Part shown: positions 19,165-28,158 of the stretch, piece by piece | Position numbering within the stretch: the stretch's first letter is position 1 | How the letters are laid out: each line of letters starts with the position of its first letter | NCBI GenBank assembly: GCA_046723645.1 | Contig: JBKOUY010000012.1 | Span: 1-48,692 of the forward strand | Direction: 5' to 3' | Length of the DNA stretch: 48,692 nt | DNA from: Actinomycetota bacterium | GTDB lineage: Bacteria > Actinomycetota > Acidimicrobiia > Acidimicrobiales > VFJN01 | Position numbers and translations under genes: made by a program | The notes under the pieces: model-generated | Database searches by the model: none | What the model saw: the letters and a program-made list of their open reading frames with translations, nothing else | What the model was told of the DNA's origin: nothing

Positions 19165-20060
19165 GACGAACCCCGCGCCGTCGCCACCGGCTCGCCGTCG
19201 GGCGCCTCGAACGATCCGAGCCACCGCGCGAGGAGGCCCGCGATCACGACCACGTACACGATGCCGGGCGGCACCCACATCAGCCCCCCGGCGAGCTGCT
19301 GGTCCTCGAGCGGGGTCAGGCCCCAGCTCGGGGCGACCGACGCGTGGATGGGGTACAGCGGTCGCTGCGCCAGCGCCAGGACGGCGCCCAGGGCACCGCT
19401 CTGCAATGCGGTCGCGAACAGCAGGGCGGATGCCGCGGGAACCGCGAGCGAGCGGCGGGCCCGCCCCAACGCCACCGCCCACACGAGGGCCGAGGTGGCG
19501 ATCAGGCTCGCGTGCTCGACGGCGTGGAGCACGTCGTGGCGCAGGGCGGCCTCGTACACGGCCGGGAGGTGCCAGGCCCACAGGACGACGGCGCCGATCG
19601 CCCAGGCGGACACGGGGTGGAGCAGCGCGTCCCTGGCGGCCCTGACGGATGGGCGCGTTCGGACGCGCACGAACAGCCGGCGACCCCGGAGCGGCAGGGC
19701 TTGGCCGAGCACCACCACCGGGCGGCCACAGACCAGGAGCGGGGCGACCACGAGCATGAGCAGCAGGTGCTGGACCATGTGGGCGGCGAACACGGAGGAC
19801 GCCGCCAGCTCCAGCGGCGACGCCAGTGCGATGGCGAGCACCAGCAGACCGCCGGCCAACGCGACGACGTTCACGGGACGGACCAGCTGGCGTCGTCGCG
19901 CGCCGAGGTGCGCGAGCCCTGAGCGATAGAGGAGGGCCGTCAGCGCCAGGATCCCCAGGATCAGGGGATCGGGTCGCCAGGAGCTCCACAGGTCCGCCCG
20001 GGCGACGGGAGCGTGGGCAAGCGTCAGCAGGGCGATCGCGGTCATGGCGACGTCGAACAT
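19161..20060 (-). CDS. cytochrome c oxidase (caa3-type) assembly factor CtaG-like / CopD-like polytopic membrane protein
   Basis: 299 aa, ~7 TM, conserved His-containing 'HMVQHLLLM', 'HAVEH'; position after ctaF mirrors Bacillus ctaCDEFG order; family assignment by recall only. Confidence 0.6.
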   Translation of the reverse strand: MFDVAMTAIALLTLAHAPVARADLWSSWRPDPLILGILALTALLYRSGLAHLGARRRQLVRPVNVVALAGGLLVLAIALASPLELAASSVFAAHMVQHLLLMLVVAPLLVCGRPVVVLGQALPLRGRRLFVRVRTRPSVRAARDALLHPVSAWAIGAVVLWAWHLPAVYEAALRHDVLHAVEHASLIATSALVWAVALGRARRSLAVPAASALLFATALQSGALGAVLALAQRPLYPIHASVAPSWGLTPLEDQQLAGGLMWVPPGIVYVVVIAGLLARWLGSFEAPDGEPVATARGSS

Positions 20061-20461
20061 GTGTCGAGCAACAACGGGGGGAGGTAGCCGAGGAAGATCG
20101 CGCCAACGAAGATGACGCCCTCGACCATCCCGGCGAACGCCATCCAGCGTTCACGGTCGAGCACGTCGCCGTCGGAGGCCCGCCGCAGCCGCCGCCAGCT
20201 CGCCAACGCGGTCACGCCGGCGGCGGCCGCCGTCAGCGCCATCAGGGAGTTGAGCGTCCACGACACCTGGTCGACGGTGAACCCCAGGATCTCGCCCCGG
20301 TCGGTGGTGGCCGGGGAGCACGCGAACCACTCCTCGAGTGAGTAGTTGAGGATCAGGTGCCCGAGCCACGCCACGGGGCTGCCGAGGACGCAGAACCACA
20401 GGGCAGCGGACCCGCGGCTCTCTCGCCGGGTGATGTCGCGGACGTCCTGGTCGATGCTCAT
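20042..20461 (-). CDS. small 3-TM membrane protein, candidate cytochrome oxidase subunit IV (CtaF-like)
   Basis: 139 aa, 3 hydrophobic helices, TGATG coupling to ctaE stop; assignment by synteny only. Confidence 0.5.
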   Translation of the reverse strand: MSIDQDVRDITRRESRGSAALWFCVLGSPVAWLGHLILNYSLEEWFACSPATTDRGEILGFTVDQVSWTLNSLMALTAAAAGVTALASWRRLRRASDGDVLDRERWMAFAGMVEGVIFVGAIFLGYLPPLLLDTCSTSP

Positions 20462-21099
20462 CAGAGGCGTGGCGTCAGGTAGATGGTCGCGAGGACGAAC
20501 GCCCACACGATGTCGACGAAGTGCCAGTACATGGTGAAGTTCTGAACGGTCAGGTGGCGCGACTCGTCGAATGCCCCCTGCCAGGCCCGGACCTGCGTCC
20601 ACAGGCTCAACATCAGCCCGGCCAGCACGTGGGCGCCGTGGAAGCCGGTCAGGGTGAAGAAGAGCGACCCGTAGGCGTTGGTGGTGGGCCCGAACTCGTC
20701 GAGCTTCTCGGGCCACTCGACGCCGAGGGTCATCACCAGGAACGTGGCCCCGAGCACGAACCCCGCCGCCAGCCCAGCCTTCAGGCGCGTGACGTTGCCG
20801 GCCCGGATGCCCGTGTGCGCCATGTGGACCGGGATGCTCGACGACCACAGGATCGCCGTCATGACCAACGGCAGGGCGAGGTCCGGGGTGGCGATGCCAT
20901 CAGGAGGCCATATCGGGCCGTTGCGGAACCGCAGGTAGAAGTAGCTGGCGATCAGCAGGGCGAACAGGGTCGCCTCGGTGCCGATGAGCCACACCATGCC
21001 CCACCAGCCGAAGGCCCGCGGCCCGTCGTACCGCTGCCGCAGCAGCTCGCCCGGTATGCCGGTCTCGCCGAGCAGCGCGTCGTGGGTCGTCGTCGTCAC
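20461..21099 (-). CDS. ctaE: cytochrome c oxidase subunit III
   Basis: 'FGWWGMVWLIGTEATLFA...FHGAHVLAGL...MYWHFVDIVWAFV' COX3 hallmarks; GTG start with AGGAGA RBS directly after ctaD TAG. Confidence 0.9.
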   Translation of the reverse strand: MTTTTHDALLGETGIPGELLRQRYDGPRAFGWWGMVWLIGTEATLFALLIASYFYLRFRNGPIWPPDGIATPDLALPLVMTAILWSSSIPVHMAHTGIRAGNVTRLKAGLAAGFVLGATFLVMTLGVEWPEKLDEFGPTTNAYGSLFFTLTGFHGAHVLAGLMLSLWTQVRAWQGAFDESRHLTVQNFTMYWHFVDIVWAFVLATIYLTPRL

Positions 21100-23019
21100 C
21101 TACGTCTCCTGGGTCTGCCCGCGCGGCCAGTACCACCCCATGAGCCCACCCACGCCGGCGACGACGGCCGCGACGGCGAGCGCCCAGACGTCCAGCAGCA
21201 CCGCGAAGGCCAGCACGAGCAGCGCGAGGGTGAGAAGGAACGGCCACACGGACGCGTGCGGCATGTGGACGATCGCCTGGGGTCGAGCATCGAGCATGCT
21301 CGTCGACAGCGTCACGTGGCCGTCGGTCAGAGGCCGGCCCCCGTCCTCGGGCGATTGGACGCCGTCGGCCAGCTCCGGCTGGTCCCACATGGGCTCGCGG
21401 CCGCGCACGGTCGGGATGGTGACGAAGTTGTAGTGCGCCGGAGGCGACGAGGCGTACCACTCGAGCGTCTCTCCCCGCCACGGATCGTTGCCCGCCGGGG
21501 CGCCCCGCGTCCGGCTGCGGAACCAGTTGACGATCGTGACCAGGATCCCGACCGCGAGGATGAACGCGCCGACGGTCGACGCCATGTTGTAGCCGCCCCA
21601 GCCGAGGTCTCGGTCGTACGTGTAGATCCGGCGGGGCATGCCGAAGAGGCCGAGCAGGTGCTGGGGGAAGAAAGCCAGGTTGAACCCGACGAACATCAGC
21701 CAGAAGCTGATCTTGCCCCAGCGGTCGTCGAGCAGCCGGCCGGTGATCTTCGGTCCCCAGTGGTAGATGGCGGCGAAGATCGGGAACACCGCGCTGCCGA
21801 CCAACACGTAGTGCAGGTGGGCGACCACGAAGTACGAGTCGTGGACCGCCTGGTCGAACGGAATGGCCGCGAACATCACGCCAGTCACGCCGCCGATGAC
21901 GAAGATGAAGATGAAGCCGAGCACGAACAGGAGGGGTGCCCGCAGCACCGGCCTCCCGGCGACGAGCGTGGCCAACCAGGCGAACACCTGGATGGCGCTC
22001 GGGATCGCCACCATGAAGCTCGCCAGCGAGATGAAGCCGAGGGTGATGTTCGGCAGGCCCACCGCGAACATGTGGTGGACCCAGACCCCGAAGCCGATCA
22101 GCGCCACGCTCAGCTCGCCGATGACGATGTAGGTGTAGCCCACGATGGGCCGGCGAACCCAGGTCGGGATGATCGCCGAGGCGATGCCGAACCCCGGCAG
22201 GGCCACGATGTACACCTCGGGGTGGCCGAACACCCAGAACAGGTGCTGCCACAGCAACGGATCGCCGCCCCCGCCGGCGTCGTAGAAGTGGAAGTCGAAC
22301 TTCCGGTCGAGGAGCAGCAGCACCGAGGCGAGCGTGAGGGCCGGCAGCGCGAACACGATCTGCAGCGCCATGGCCAGCTCGCCCCACACGAAGATGGGAA
22401 TGCGGTTGACGATCATCCCCGGCGCCCGGAGCTTCAGGATCGTGACGATGAAGTTGATGGCGCCGCCGGTGCTGGAGATGCCGAGGAAGATCAGGCCCAC
22501 CGCGTAGTAGTCGATGTTGATCGCCGGCGTGAACGCCTCGCCGGAGAGGGGTACGTAGCTGAACCAGCCGGTGTTCGGGGCACGCCCCACGAGGAACGAC
22601 GAGTACAGGAAGAAGCCGGCGGCCAGCAGGGCCCAGTACCCGAACGCGTTGAGGCGCGGGAACGCCATGTCCCGCGCCCCGATCATCAACGGGACGAAGT
22701 AGTTGCCGAAGCCGGACAGCACCGGCATGGCGAACAGGAACATCATCGTGGCGCCGTGCATCGAGAAGAGCTGGTTGAACGCCTCGGGCCCGATCACGTC
22801 GAGGTCCGGCCCCGCCAGCTGCGTCCGGATCAGCAGCGACTCGATGCCGCCGGCGACGAAGAACGCCATCCCCGTGTAGAAGTAGCGGAGCCCGATCCGC
22901 TTGTGATCGACGGTTCCGAGCCACGATCCGAGGCCCGGCGGCTCGGCCCACACCGCCTCCAGGCGCTCGACGGTCGAGATCGTCGTCGCCGACGCTTCGG
23001 GTGCCGCGGTCGCCGTCAC
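21100..23019 (-). CDS. ctaD: cytochrome c oxidase subunit I with ~90-aa C-terminal 2-TM extension
   Basis: 'WLFSTNHKxIG'-type start 'LGTVDHKRIGLRYF', 'GHPEVYI', 'HHMF', 'HDSYFVVAHLHYVL' heme/CuB ligand motifs; 639 aa. Confidence 0.95.
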   Translation of the reverse strand: MTATAAPEASATTISTVERLEAVWAEPPGLGSWLGTVDHKRIGLRYFYTGMAFFVAGGIESLLIRTQLAGPDLDVIGPEAFNQLFSMHGATMMFLFAMPVLSGFGNYFVPLMIGARDMAFPRLNAFGYWALLAAGFFLYSSFLVGRAPNTGWFSYVPLSGEAFTPAINIDYYAVGLIFLGISSTGGAINFIVTILKLRAPGMIVNRIPIFVWGELAMALQIVFALPALTLASVLLLLDRKFDFHFYDAGGGGDPLLWQHLFWVFGHPEVYIVALPGFGIASAIIPTWVRRPIVGYTYIVIGELSVALIGFGVWVHHMFAVGLPNITLGFISLASFMVAIPSAIQVFAWLATLVAGRPVLRAPLLFVLGFIFIFVIGGVTGVMFAAIPFDQAVHDSYFVVAHLHYVLVGSAVFPIFAAIYHWGPKITGRLLDDRWGKISFWLMFVGFNLAFFPQHLLGLFGMPRRIYTYDRDLGWGGYNMASTVGAFILAVGILVTIVNWFRSRTRGAPAGNDPWRGETLEWYASSPPAHYNFVTIPTVRGREPMWDQPELADGVQSPEDGGRPLTDGHVTLSTSMLDARPQAIVHMPHASVWPFLLTLALLVLAFAVLLDVWALAVAAVVAGVGGLMGWYWPRGQTQET

Positions 23020-23026
23020 GCGGGCC

Positions 23027-23998
23027 TCACTCCAGCTCCGTCAGGTAGGCGACGACGGCGTCGACCTGGTCCGGCGCGAGCTCGGTCGGGGGCATGCTCA
23101 CCCCGGGCTTGTCGTCCTGCGGGTCCGTGATGAAGTCGTCGAGGGCCTCGGGCGTGAACGGGACGAGGCCAGCCCCGAGCGTCTCGCGGTTGGCGAGGTG
23201 GGTGAGATCGGGCCCGAGGGTGCCGTCCGCCGAGGTTCCCCTGATCGTGTGGCACCCGGCGCACGAGGCACGTTCGAAGATCCGCCGACCGTCCTCGGCG
23301 TCGGCCCCGTCCGGCTCGGCCGCGGGTTCGGCCTCGCGCCGGAGCCAGTCGTCGAACTCATCGGCCGGCAGGGCGTCGACCACGATCTCCATGTGGGCGT
23401 GCTGGAGGCCACAGAACTCCGCGCACTGGCCGCGGAAGCGACCGGCGCGGTCGGCGACCACCGACAGCCGGTTGTCGGCGCCCGGGATCTGGTCCTCCTT
23501 CACCTGCAGCTCCGGCACCCAGAAGCTGTGGATGACGTCGGCGGTGGGCAGCGCCAGCTCCACCGTCTCGCCCACCGGGATGCGGATCTCGTTGGCGGTG
23601 ACCGCCCCGTTCGGGTAGCGGACCTCCCACCACCAGGTATGGCCCTCGACCTCGACCTCGAGGGTTCGGTCTTCGGCGGACCCCATGTCGTTCAGCACCG
23701 CCAACGAGAAGGCGAACGTCCCAGCCAGGATCAGTCCCGGAACGGCGACGCCGCCGATGACCACGAACCGGTCGCCCCACGACACCGGCCGCCTGTCGAT
23801 CTGGTCGTCGACGTGCAGCTCTGCCCGGCGGCGGCGCGCCGCCGCCAGCAGGAAGCCGGTCACCACCGCCACCACGGCGCACGAGATCCAGAACAGGACC
23901 CACCACAGGCCCTCCACCCGCCGGGCGTCGTCAGACCGCGGGTCGAGCATGGAGGGAGTGTCACCTCCGCACGCGGTGAGGACCGCCGCCAGGAGCAC
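23027..23998 (-). CDS. ctaC: cytochrome c oxidase subunit II, caa3-type (CuA domain fused to C-terminal cytochrome c domain); start uncertain
   Basis: CuA 'HSFWVPEL...CAEFCGLQHAHM'; C-terminal 'CAGCHT' heme c site; lipobox 'LTAC'; GTG 23998 nearest plausible start, ORF extends to 24169 through Arg-rich sequence. Confidence 0.85.
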   Translation of the reverse strand: MLLAAVLTACGGDTPSMLDPRSDDARRVEGLWWVLFWISCAVVAVVTGFLLAAARRRRAELHVDDQIDRRPVSWGDRFVVIGGVAVPGLILAGTFAFSLAVLNDMGSAEDRTLEVEVEGHTWWWEVRYPNGAVTANEIRIPVGETVELALPTADVIHSFWVPELQVKEDQIPGADNRLSVVADRAGRFRGQCAEFCGLQHAHMEIVVDALPADEFDDWLRREAEPAAEPDGADAEDGRRIFERASCAGCHTIRGTSADGTLGPDLTHLANRETLGAGLVPFTPEALDDFITDPQDDKPGVSMPPTELAPDQVDAVVAYLTELE

Positions 23999-24479
23999 CG
24001 CGAGGCCGGGACCTCCACGGCGTCGGAGGCGCCGCCGCTCGGGTCCCGACCCGTGGGGTGCCCAGGCGCCGGCAGCCCCTGCCCGCCGTCTTGGTCTCGC
24101 GCTTCGCACGGCTGGTCGCGCTCCCCCTCCGGGCCGCCGGCGCGCGCCAGCAGGACCGGCGGGCGGCAACTGACGCCCGCCCGCCAGGTCATGGCAGAGC
24201 GCGCTCGAACCTCACAGGTGCCCCCTGGATGCACCTCCCGGCTAGTCAGCGGGGACACCGAGGACGTTGATGCCGAGAACCTCTCGGAAGCCCTCGGCGA
24301 TGGGCTTGGCTTCTCAACCTACGTCAGCGCTGCGCTGCGAGCCAGGGGTGGTCGAGGGTAGGAGTGGCGCGGGCACGCGCCCCGCTCGGGGCGAGAACAC
24401 GGGCGCTGTCGGGCTTGCGCCAGCCGCTGTAGACCTGAGCGGAACCGCCACCCCCTGATCAGCCGAAGGAGGATCCGGC

Positions 24480-25418
24480 ATGACCGCCGCCACGAATCCC
24501 GCGCCCGGTGCCTGGCCGGACCTGACGGCGTCGCGCTGGGACGACACCCGCGACACGTTGCACATGTGGACCCAGATCGTCGGGAAGGTCCGGCTCGGTC
24601 TGACGCCGATGATCAACCATTGGTGGCAGGTCCCCCTCTACGTCTCGGCACGGGGGCTCACGACCTCGCTCATGCACGCGGGGAGCCGCGGCCTGGAGAT
24701 CGAGTTCGACTTCGTCGATCACGTCCTCGACCTGCGGACGACCGACGGCGACCGGCGTCAGGTCGCGCTCGAGCCTCGGTCGGTGGCGAGCTTCCATGCG
24801 GCCACGATGGCTGCGCTCGACGAGCTCGGGGTGCGCGTCCACGTGTGGGCCCGACCGTCCGAGGTCGTCGAGGCGATCCCGTTCGACCAGGACGAGGTCC
24901 ACCGGTCATACGACGCCGACGCCGTGCACCGCTTCTGGCTCGCGCTCGTTCAGGTGCACCGGGTGCTGCTCGAGTTCCGGGCGCGCTTTATCGGCAAGGC
25001 CAGTCCCGTTCACTTCTTCTGGGGTGGGGCCGACCTCTGCACGACCCGATTCTCCGGACGGCCCGCTCCCAAGCATCCGGGCGGAGTGCCCAACTGCCCG
25101 GACTGGGTCCAGGAGCTCGCCTATAGCCATGAGGTTTCGAGCTGCGGCTACTGGCCCGTAGGCGAGGAGGGCTCCTTCTACGCGTACGCCTATCCGGAGC
25201 CTGACGGGTTCGGCGAGTGGCGGGTCGAACCGGCCGCGGCGTCCTACGACGGCGATCTCGGCGAGTTCCTCCTGCCGTACGCGGCGGTGCGGACGGCGCC
25301 GGACCCGGACGCGGCGTTGCTGTCCTTCCTCCAGACCACCTACGAGGCCGCGGCCGAGCTCGCCGGCTGGGACCGCGTTGCGCTCGAGATGTCTCCCGCA
25401 CGCGCGGGGAAGCGATGA
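24480..25418 (+). CDS. conserved hypothetical protein (DUF5996-like, family name from recall)
   Basis: 312 aa soluble protein; strong RBS GAAGGAGGA; no recognisable catalytic motif. Confidence 0.55.
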   Translation: MTAATNPAPGAWPDLTASRWDDTRDTLHMWTQIVGKVRLGLTPMINHWWQVPLYVSARGLTTSLMHAGSRGLEIEFDFVDHVLDLRTTDGDRRQVALEPRSVASFHAATMAALDELGVRVHVWARPSEVVEAIPFDQDEVHRSYDADAVHRFWLALVQVHRVLLEFRARFIGKASPVHFFWGGADLCTTRFSGRPAPKHPGGVPNCPDWVQELAYSHEVSSCGYWPVGEEGSFYAYAYPEPDGFGEWRVEPAAASYDGDLGEFLLPYAAVRTAPDPDAALLSFLQTTYEAAAELAGWDRVALEMSPARAGKR

Positions 25419-26350
25419 CCAGGCTGGGCGTGCACATCGGTCAGCAGGGAATGGCCATGGCCGACCTGCGGGCCCTGTGGCGCCGCCTCGACGACGCCGG
25501 CGTCGAGTGGATCTCGGTGTGGGACCACCTGTACGAGGCGCCGCCGGCTGGTGGCACCATCGACCACTTCGAGGCGGTCGCCACGCTGGGTGCACTGGCG
25601 GCCGAGACCCGGCATGCCCGCCTCGGATGTCTCGTGTTCTGCGTGCTCTATCGCAATCCGGGTCTGCTGGCGAAGGTGGCCTCGACCGTTGACCACATCT
25701 CGGGGGGCCGGTTCGAGCTCGGGCTCGGCGCCGGCTGGCATGAGTGGGAGGCCCAGGCGTACGGGTACGCGTTTCCTCCGGCCGGCGAACGGCTCGACAT
25801 GCTCGAGGACGCGCTGCCGGCGATACGCGCCCTCCTGACGGAGGCGCGGACGACGCACCGCGGGCCCTACGTCCGGCTCGACGATGCGTCGTGCCTGCCC
25901 CCGCCCGTACAGCCTCGCCTACCGATCTGGGTGGGCGGCACCGGCAAGAGGCGGACGCTTCGCCTGGCGGCGTACCACGCCGACGGCTGGAACGCGGCGT
26001 ACGTCTCCCCCGAGACGTATGCCCGCCTGAACCGGGTTGCGGATGAGTGGTGCGTGGAGGCCGGCCGGGATCCCGGGACCCTGCGCCGCAGCGTCAACCT
26101 CATCTTCGCGGTCAGCTCGGGCTCGGCGACGGTCGACGGCATCCTCGACGCCCAGGGCTGGGGGCCGCTGGCACCGTTCGTGCGGGAGGGTGCGCTGGGC
26201 GGACCACCCCAGGCGGCCGGCGACACGATCGGACGGTACGTCGAGGCCGGGGCGGACGACGTGAACATCGCGCTGCGAGCGCCATGGAGCGACCGCGACC
26301 TCGACGCGTACCTGGAGCTCCTCCCGGAGCTACGCGCACGCACGGCGTGA
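25415..26350 (+). CDS. LLM-class flavin/F420-dependent oxidoreductase
   Basis: 'WISVWDHL...GGRFELGLGAGWHEWE' luciferase-like pattern; ATGA overlap with upstream gene. Confidence 0.8.
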   Translation: MTRLGVHIGQQGMAMADLRALWRRLDDAGVEWISVWDHLYEAPPAGGTIDHFEAVATLGALAAETRHARLGCLVFCVLYRNPGLLAKVASTVDHISGGRFELGLGAGWHEWEAQAYGYAFPPAGERLDMLEDALPAIRALLTEARTTHRGPYVRLDDASCLPPPVQPRLPIWVGGTGKRRTLRLAAYHADGWNAAYVSPETYARLNRVADEWCVEAGRDPGTLRRSVNLIFAVSSGSATVDGILDAQGWGPLAPFVREGALGGPPQAAGDTIGRYVEAGADDVNIALRAPWSDRDLDAYLELLPELRARTA

Positions 26351-26363
26351 AGGGCCGCCTGCG

Positions 26364-27383
26364 TCAGCCGTCGACGGTCTCCCGGACCCAGCGTTGGAAG
26401 GCCGCCACGCCGCCTTCGTGCTTGGGGCTCAGCCACCCGGTGTCGTAGGTCCCGCTCTCGAGGTTGCGCTGCACCGATTCGCAGATGGCGATGTCCTCGG
26501 CCGTGACTTGCGACGACGAGCGGATCACGGCGTCGCAGGCCTCGCGGTCCCCCGGCCGGCGGAAGGAGTACGAGTAGCGAAGCCGTGTCCGCCCGGGCGC
26601 CACCGGGTCGTACCGCTCGACGTTCATCGCATCGGGGTAGAGGTTCAACGCGAGGTTGGGCCAGCGCCACAGCCAGAGGCCGGTGCTGACGGCGCCGTCG
26701 CGGGCCGGGGCGGAGTGCCGCACCCAGCGGTGGCGCTCGTCGACGTCGACGACGTAGCGCTTGGCGTCGATCTCCTTGTTGAGTCCCGGGTGCACGAGCG
26801 GGATGTGGTAGCCCTCGAGATAGTTGTCGGCGTACGTCTTCCAGTCGCAGGCGAGCTCGTGCTCCGCCTCGTGCGCCAGCACCAGGTCCTCGATCGGGAA
26901 CGACGCGCACTCGTCCACGAACGTCCCCAGCGCCTCGAGCAGCGGCGGCGCGTCGCCGTCCAGGTCGAGGTTGACGAACACGAGGCCCCGCCACTCGTCG
27001 ACCGACGCACCCGCCAGCGAGACCTCGGCCGGGTCGAAGGCCTCGGTCGAGCCGAAGTCGCGCGCCGAGCGGAGCCGGCCGTCGAGCCCGTACGCCCAGC
27101 CGTGATACCGGCAGACCAGGCTGGGCACCCGACCACATCCGTCATGGACGAGCGGCCCGGCGCGGTGCCGGCAGACGTTGTGGTGGGCCCGGAGCCGGCC
27201 GTCGTCGTCGACCACAACCAGCAGGGGCCACCCGGCGATGTCGCACGCGAGGTAGTCGCCCGGCTCCGACAGCGCCTGCCGATGGCCAGCGAACAACCAC
27301 TCGCGCCCGAACACGGCCCGCCGCTCCCGCTCCCAGACCGACGGATCGACGTACCACGACGCCGGCAGCGTGAGCTCGGCCAC
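26364..27383 (-). CDS. Rieske [2Fe-2S] aromatic-ring-hydroxylating oxygenase alpha subunit (monooxygenase/demethylase-like)
   Basis: Rieske 'CRHRAGPL...CRYHGW'; mononuclear iron region 'EGYHIPLVHPG'; GTG start. Confidence 0.85.
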   Translation of the reverse strand: MAELTLPASWYVDPSVWERERRAVFGREWLFAGHRQALSEPGDYLACDIAGWPLLVVVDDDGRLRAHHNVCRHRAGPLVHDGCGRVPSLVCRYHGWAYGLDGRLRSARDFGSTEAFDPAEVSLAGASVDEWRGLVFVNLDLDGDAPPLLEALGTFVDECASFPIEDLVLAHEAEHELACDWKTYADNYLEGYHIPLVHPGLNKEIDAKRYVVDVDERHRWVRHSAPARDGAVSTGLWLWRWPNLALNLYPDAMNVERYDPVAPGRTRLRYSYSFRRPGDREACDAVIRSSSQVTAEDIAICESVQRNLESGTYDTGWLSPKHEGGVAAFQRWVRETVDG

Positions 27384-27411
27384 GGCACAACGCTACCGGC
27401 CGAGCACGCTC

Positions 27412-28155
27412 CTAGAGCCGGCCGGCCTCGATGATGCGCTTGAGGAACGTCCGCGTGCGCTCGTTCTGCGGCTCGCCGAAGATCTCCTCGGGCGGGCCCT
27501 CTTCGCACATGACGCCGGCATCGAGGAAGCACACCTTCGAGGAGACCTCCCGGGCGAAGCCCATCTCGTGGGTGGCGAGCAGCATGGTCATCCCCTCGGC
27601 CGCGAGCTCACGCACGATGTTCAGCACCTCCGACACCAGCTCGGGGTCGAGGGCCGACGTGATCTCGTCGAGCAGCAGCAGCCGCGGCTGCATGGCGAGG
27701 GCCCGCACGATCGCGACGCGCTGCTGCTGGCCGCCCGAGAGCCGGTCGGGGTAGTCGTTGGCCTTCTCGTCGAGCCCGATGCGCGACAGCAGCGTGTGGG
27801 CGCGGTCCGCGGCGTCGTTGCGCGAGAGCCTGAGCACCTTGCGGGGGGCGAGCGTGACGTTCTCGAGCACGGTCATGTGTGGGAACAGGTTGAAGCTCTG
27901 GAAGACGATGCCGACGTCCTGCCGCAGCCCGTCGAGGTCGACCCCCCGTCCCGACGCCTGCTCACCGTCGATGCGGATGGTGCCCTCCTCGATCTGCTCG
28001 AGGGCATTGATGCAGCGCAGGAGCGTCGACTTGCCGCACCCCGATGGCCCGATGAGGCAGACGACGTCATGCTCGCCGACCTCCAGGTCGACGCCGCGCA
28101 GCACGTGGTTCGCCCCGAACCACTTGTGGACGCCGTGGAGCTCGAGGAACGCCAT
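27412..28155 (-). CDS. polar amino acid ABC transporter ATP-binding protein
   Basis: 'GPSGCGKST', 'LSGGQQQRVAIVRAL', 'LLLDEITSALD'; GlnQ/HisP-like. Confidence 0.9.
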   Translation of the reverse strand: MAFLELHGVHKWFGANHVLRGVDLEVGEHDVVCLIGPSGCGKSTLLRCINALEQIEEGTIRIDGEQASGRGVDLDGLRQDVGIVFQSFNLFPHMTVLENVTLAPRKVLRLSRNDAADRAHTLLSRIGLDEKANDYPDRLSGGQQQRVAIVRALAMQPRLLLLDEITSALDPELVSEVLNIVRELAAEGMTMLLATHEMGFAREVSSKVCFLDAGVMCEEGPPEEIFGEPQNERTRTFLKRIIEAGRL

Positions 28156-28158
28156 CGC

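Noticed and set aside
20521-23130. 869-aa plus-strand ORF
   Set aside because: It is antisense to ctaE/ctaD. Its Arg/Asp/Glu/Gly/His-rich composition is characteristic of the mirror frame of a membrane-protein gene and it has no motifs.
23999-24169. N-terminal Arg-rich extension of the ctaC ORF back to ATG 24169
   Set aside because: The extension is Arg/Pro/Gly-rich with no in-frame start showing an RBS. The lipoprotein-type signal begins near GTG 23998. I kept it only as an uncertainty on the ctaC start.
24267-24458. 63-aa ORF and GGCGCG-ggca-CGCGCC hairpin in the 310-bp ctaC / DUF5996 divergent intergenic region as a small gene or sRNA
   Set aside because: It has no RBS, low-complexity translation and no supporting structure beyond a 6-bp stem. 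The region is more simply the divergent promoter space for the cta-qcr operon.
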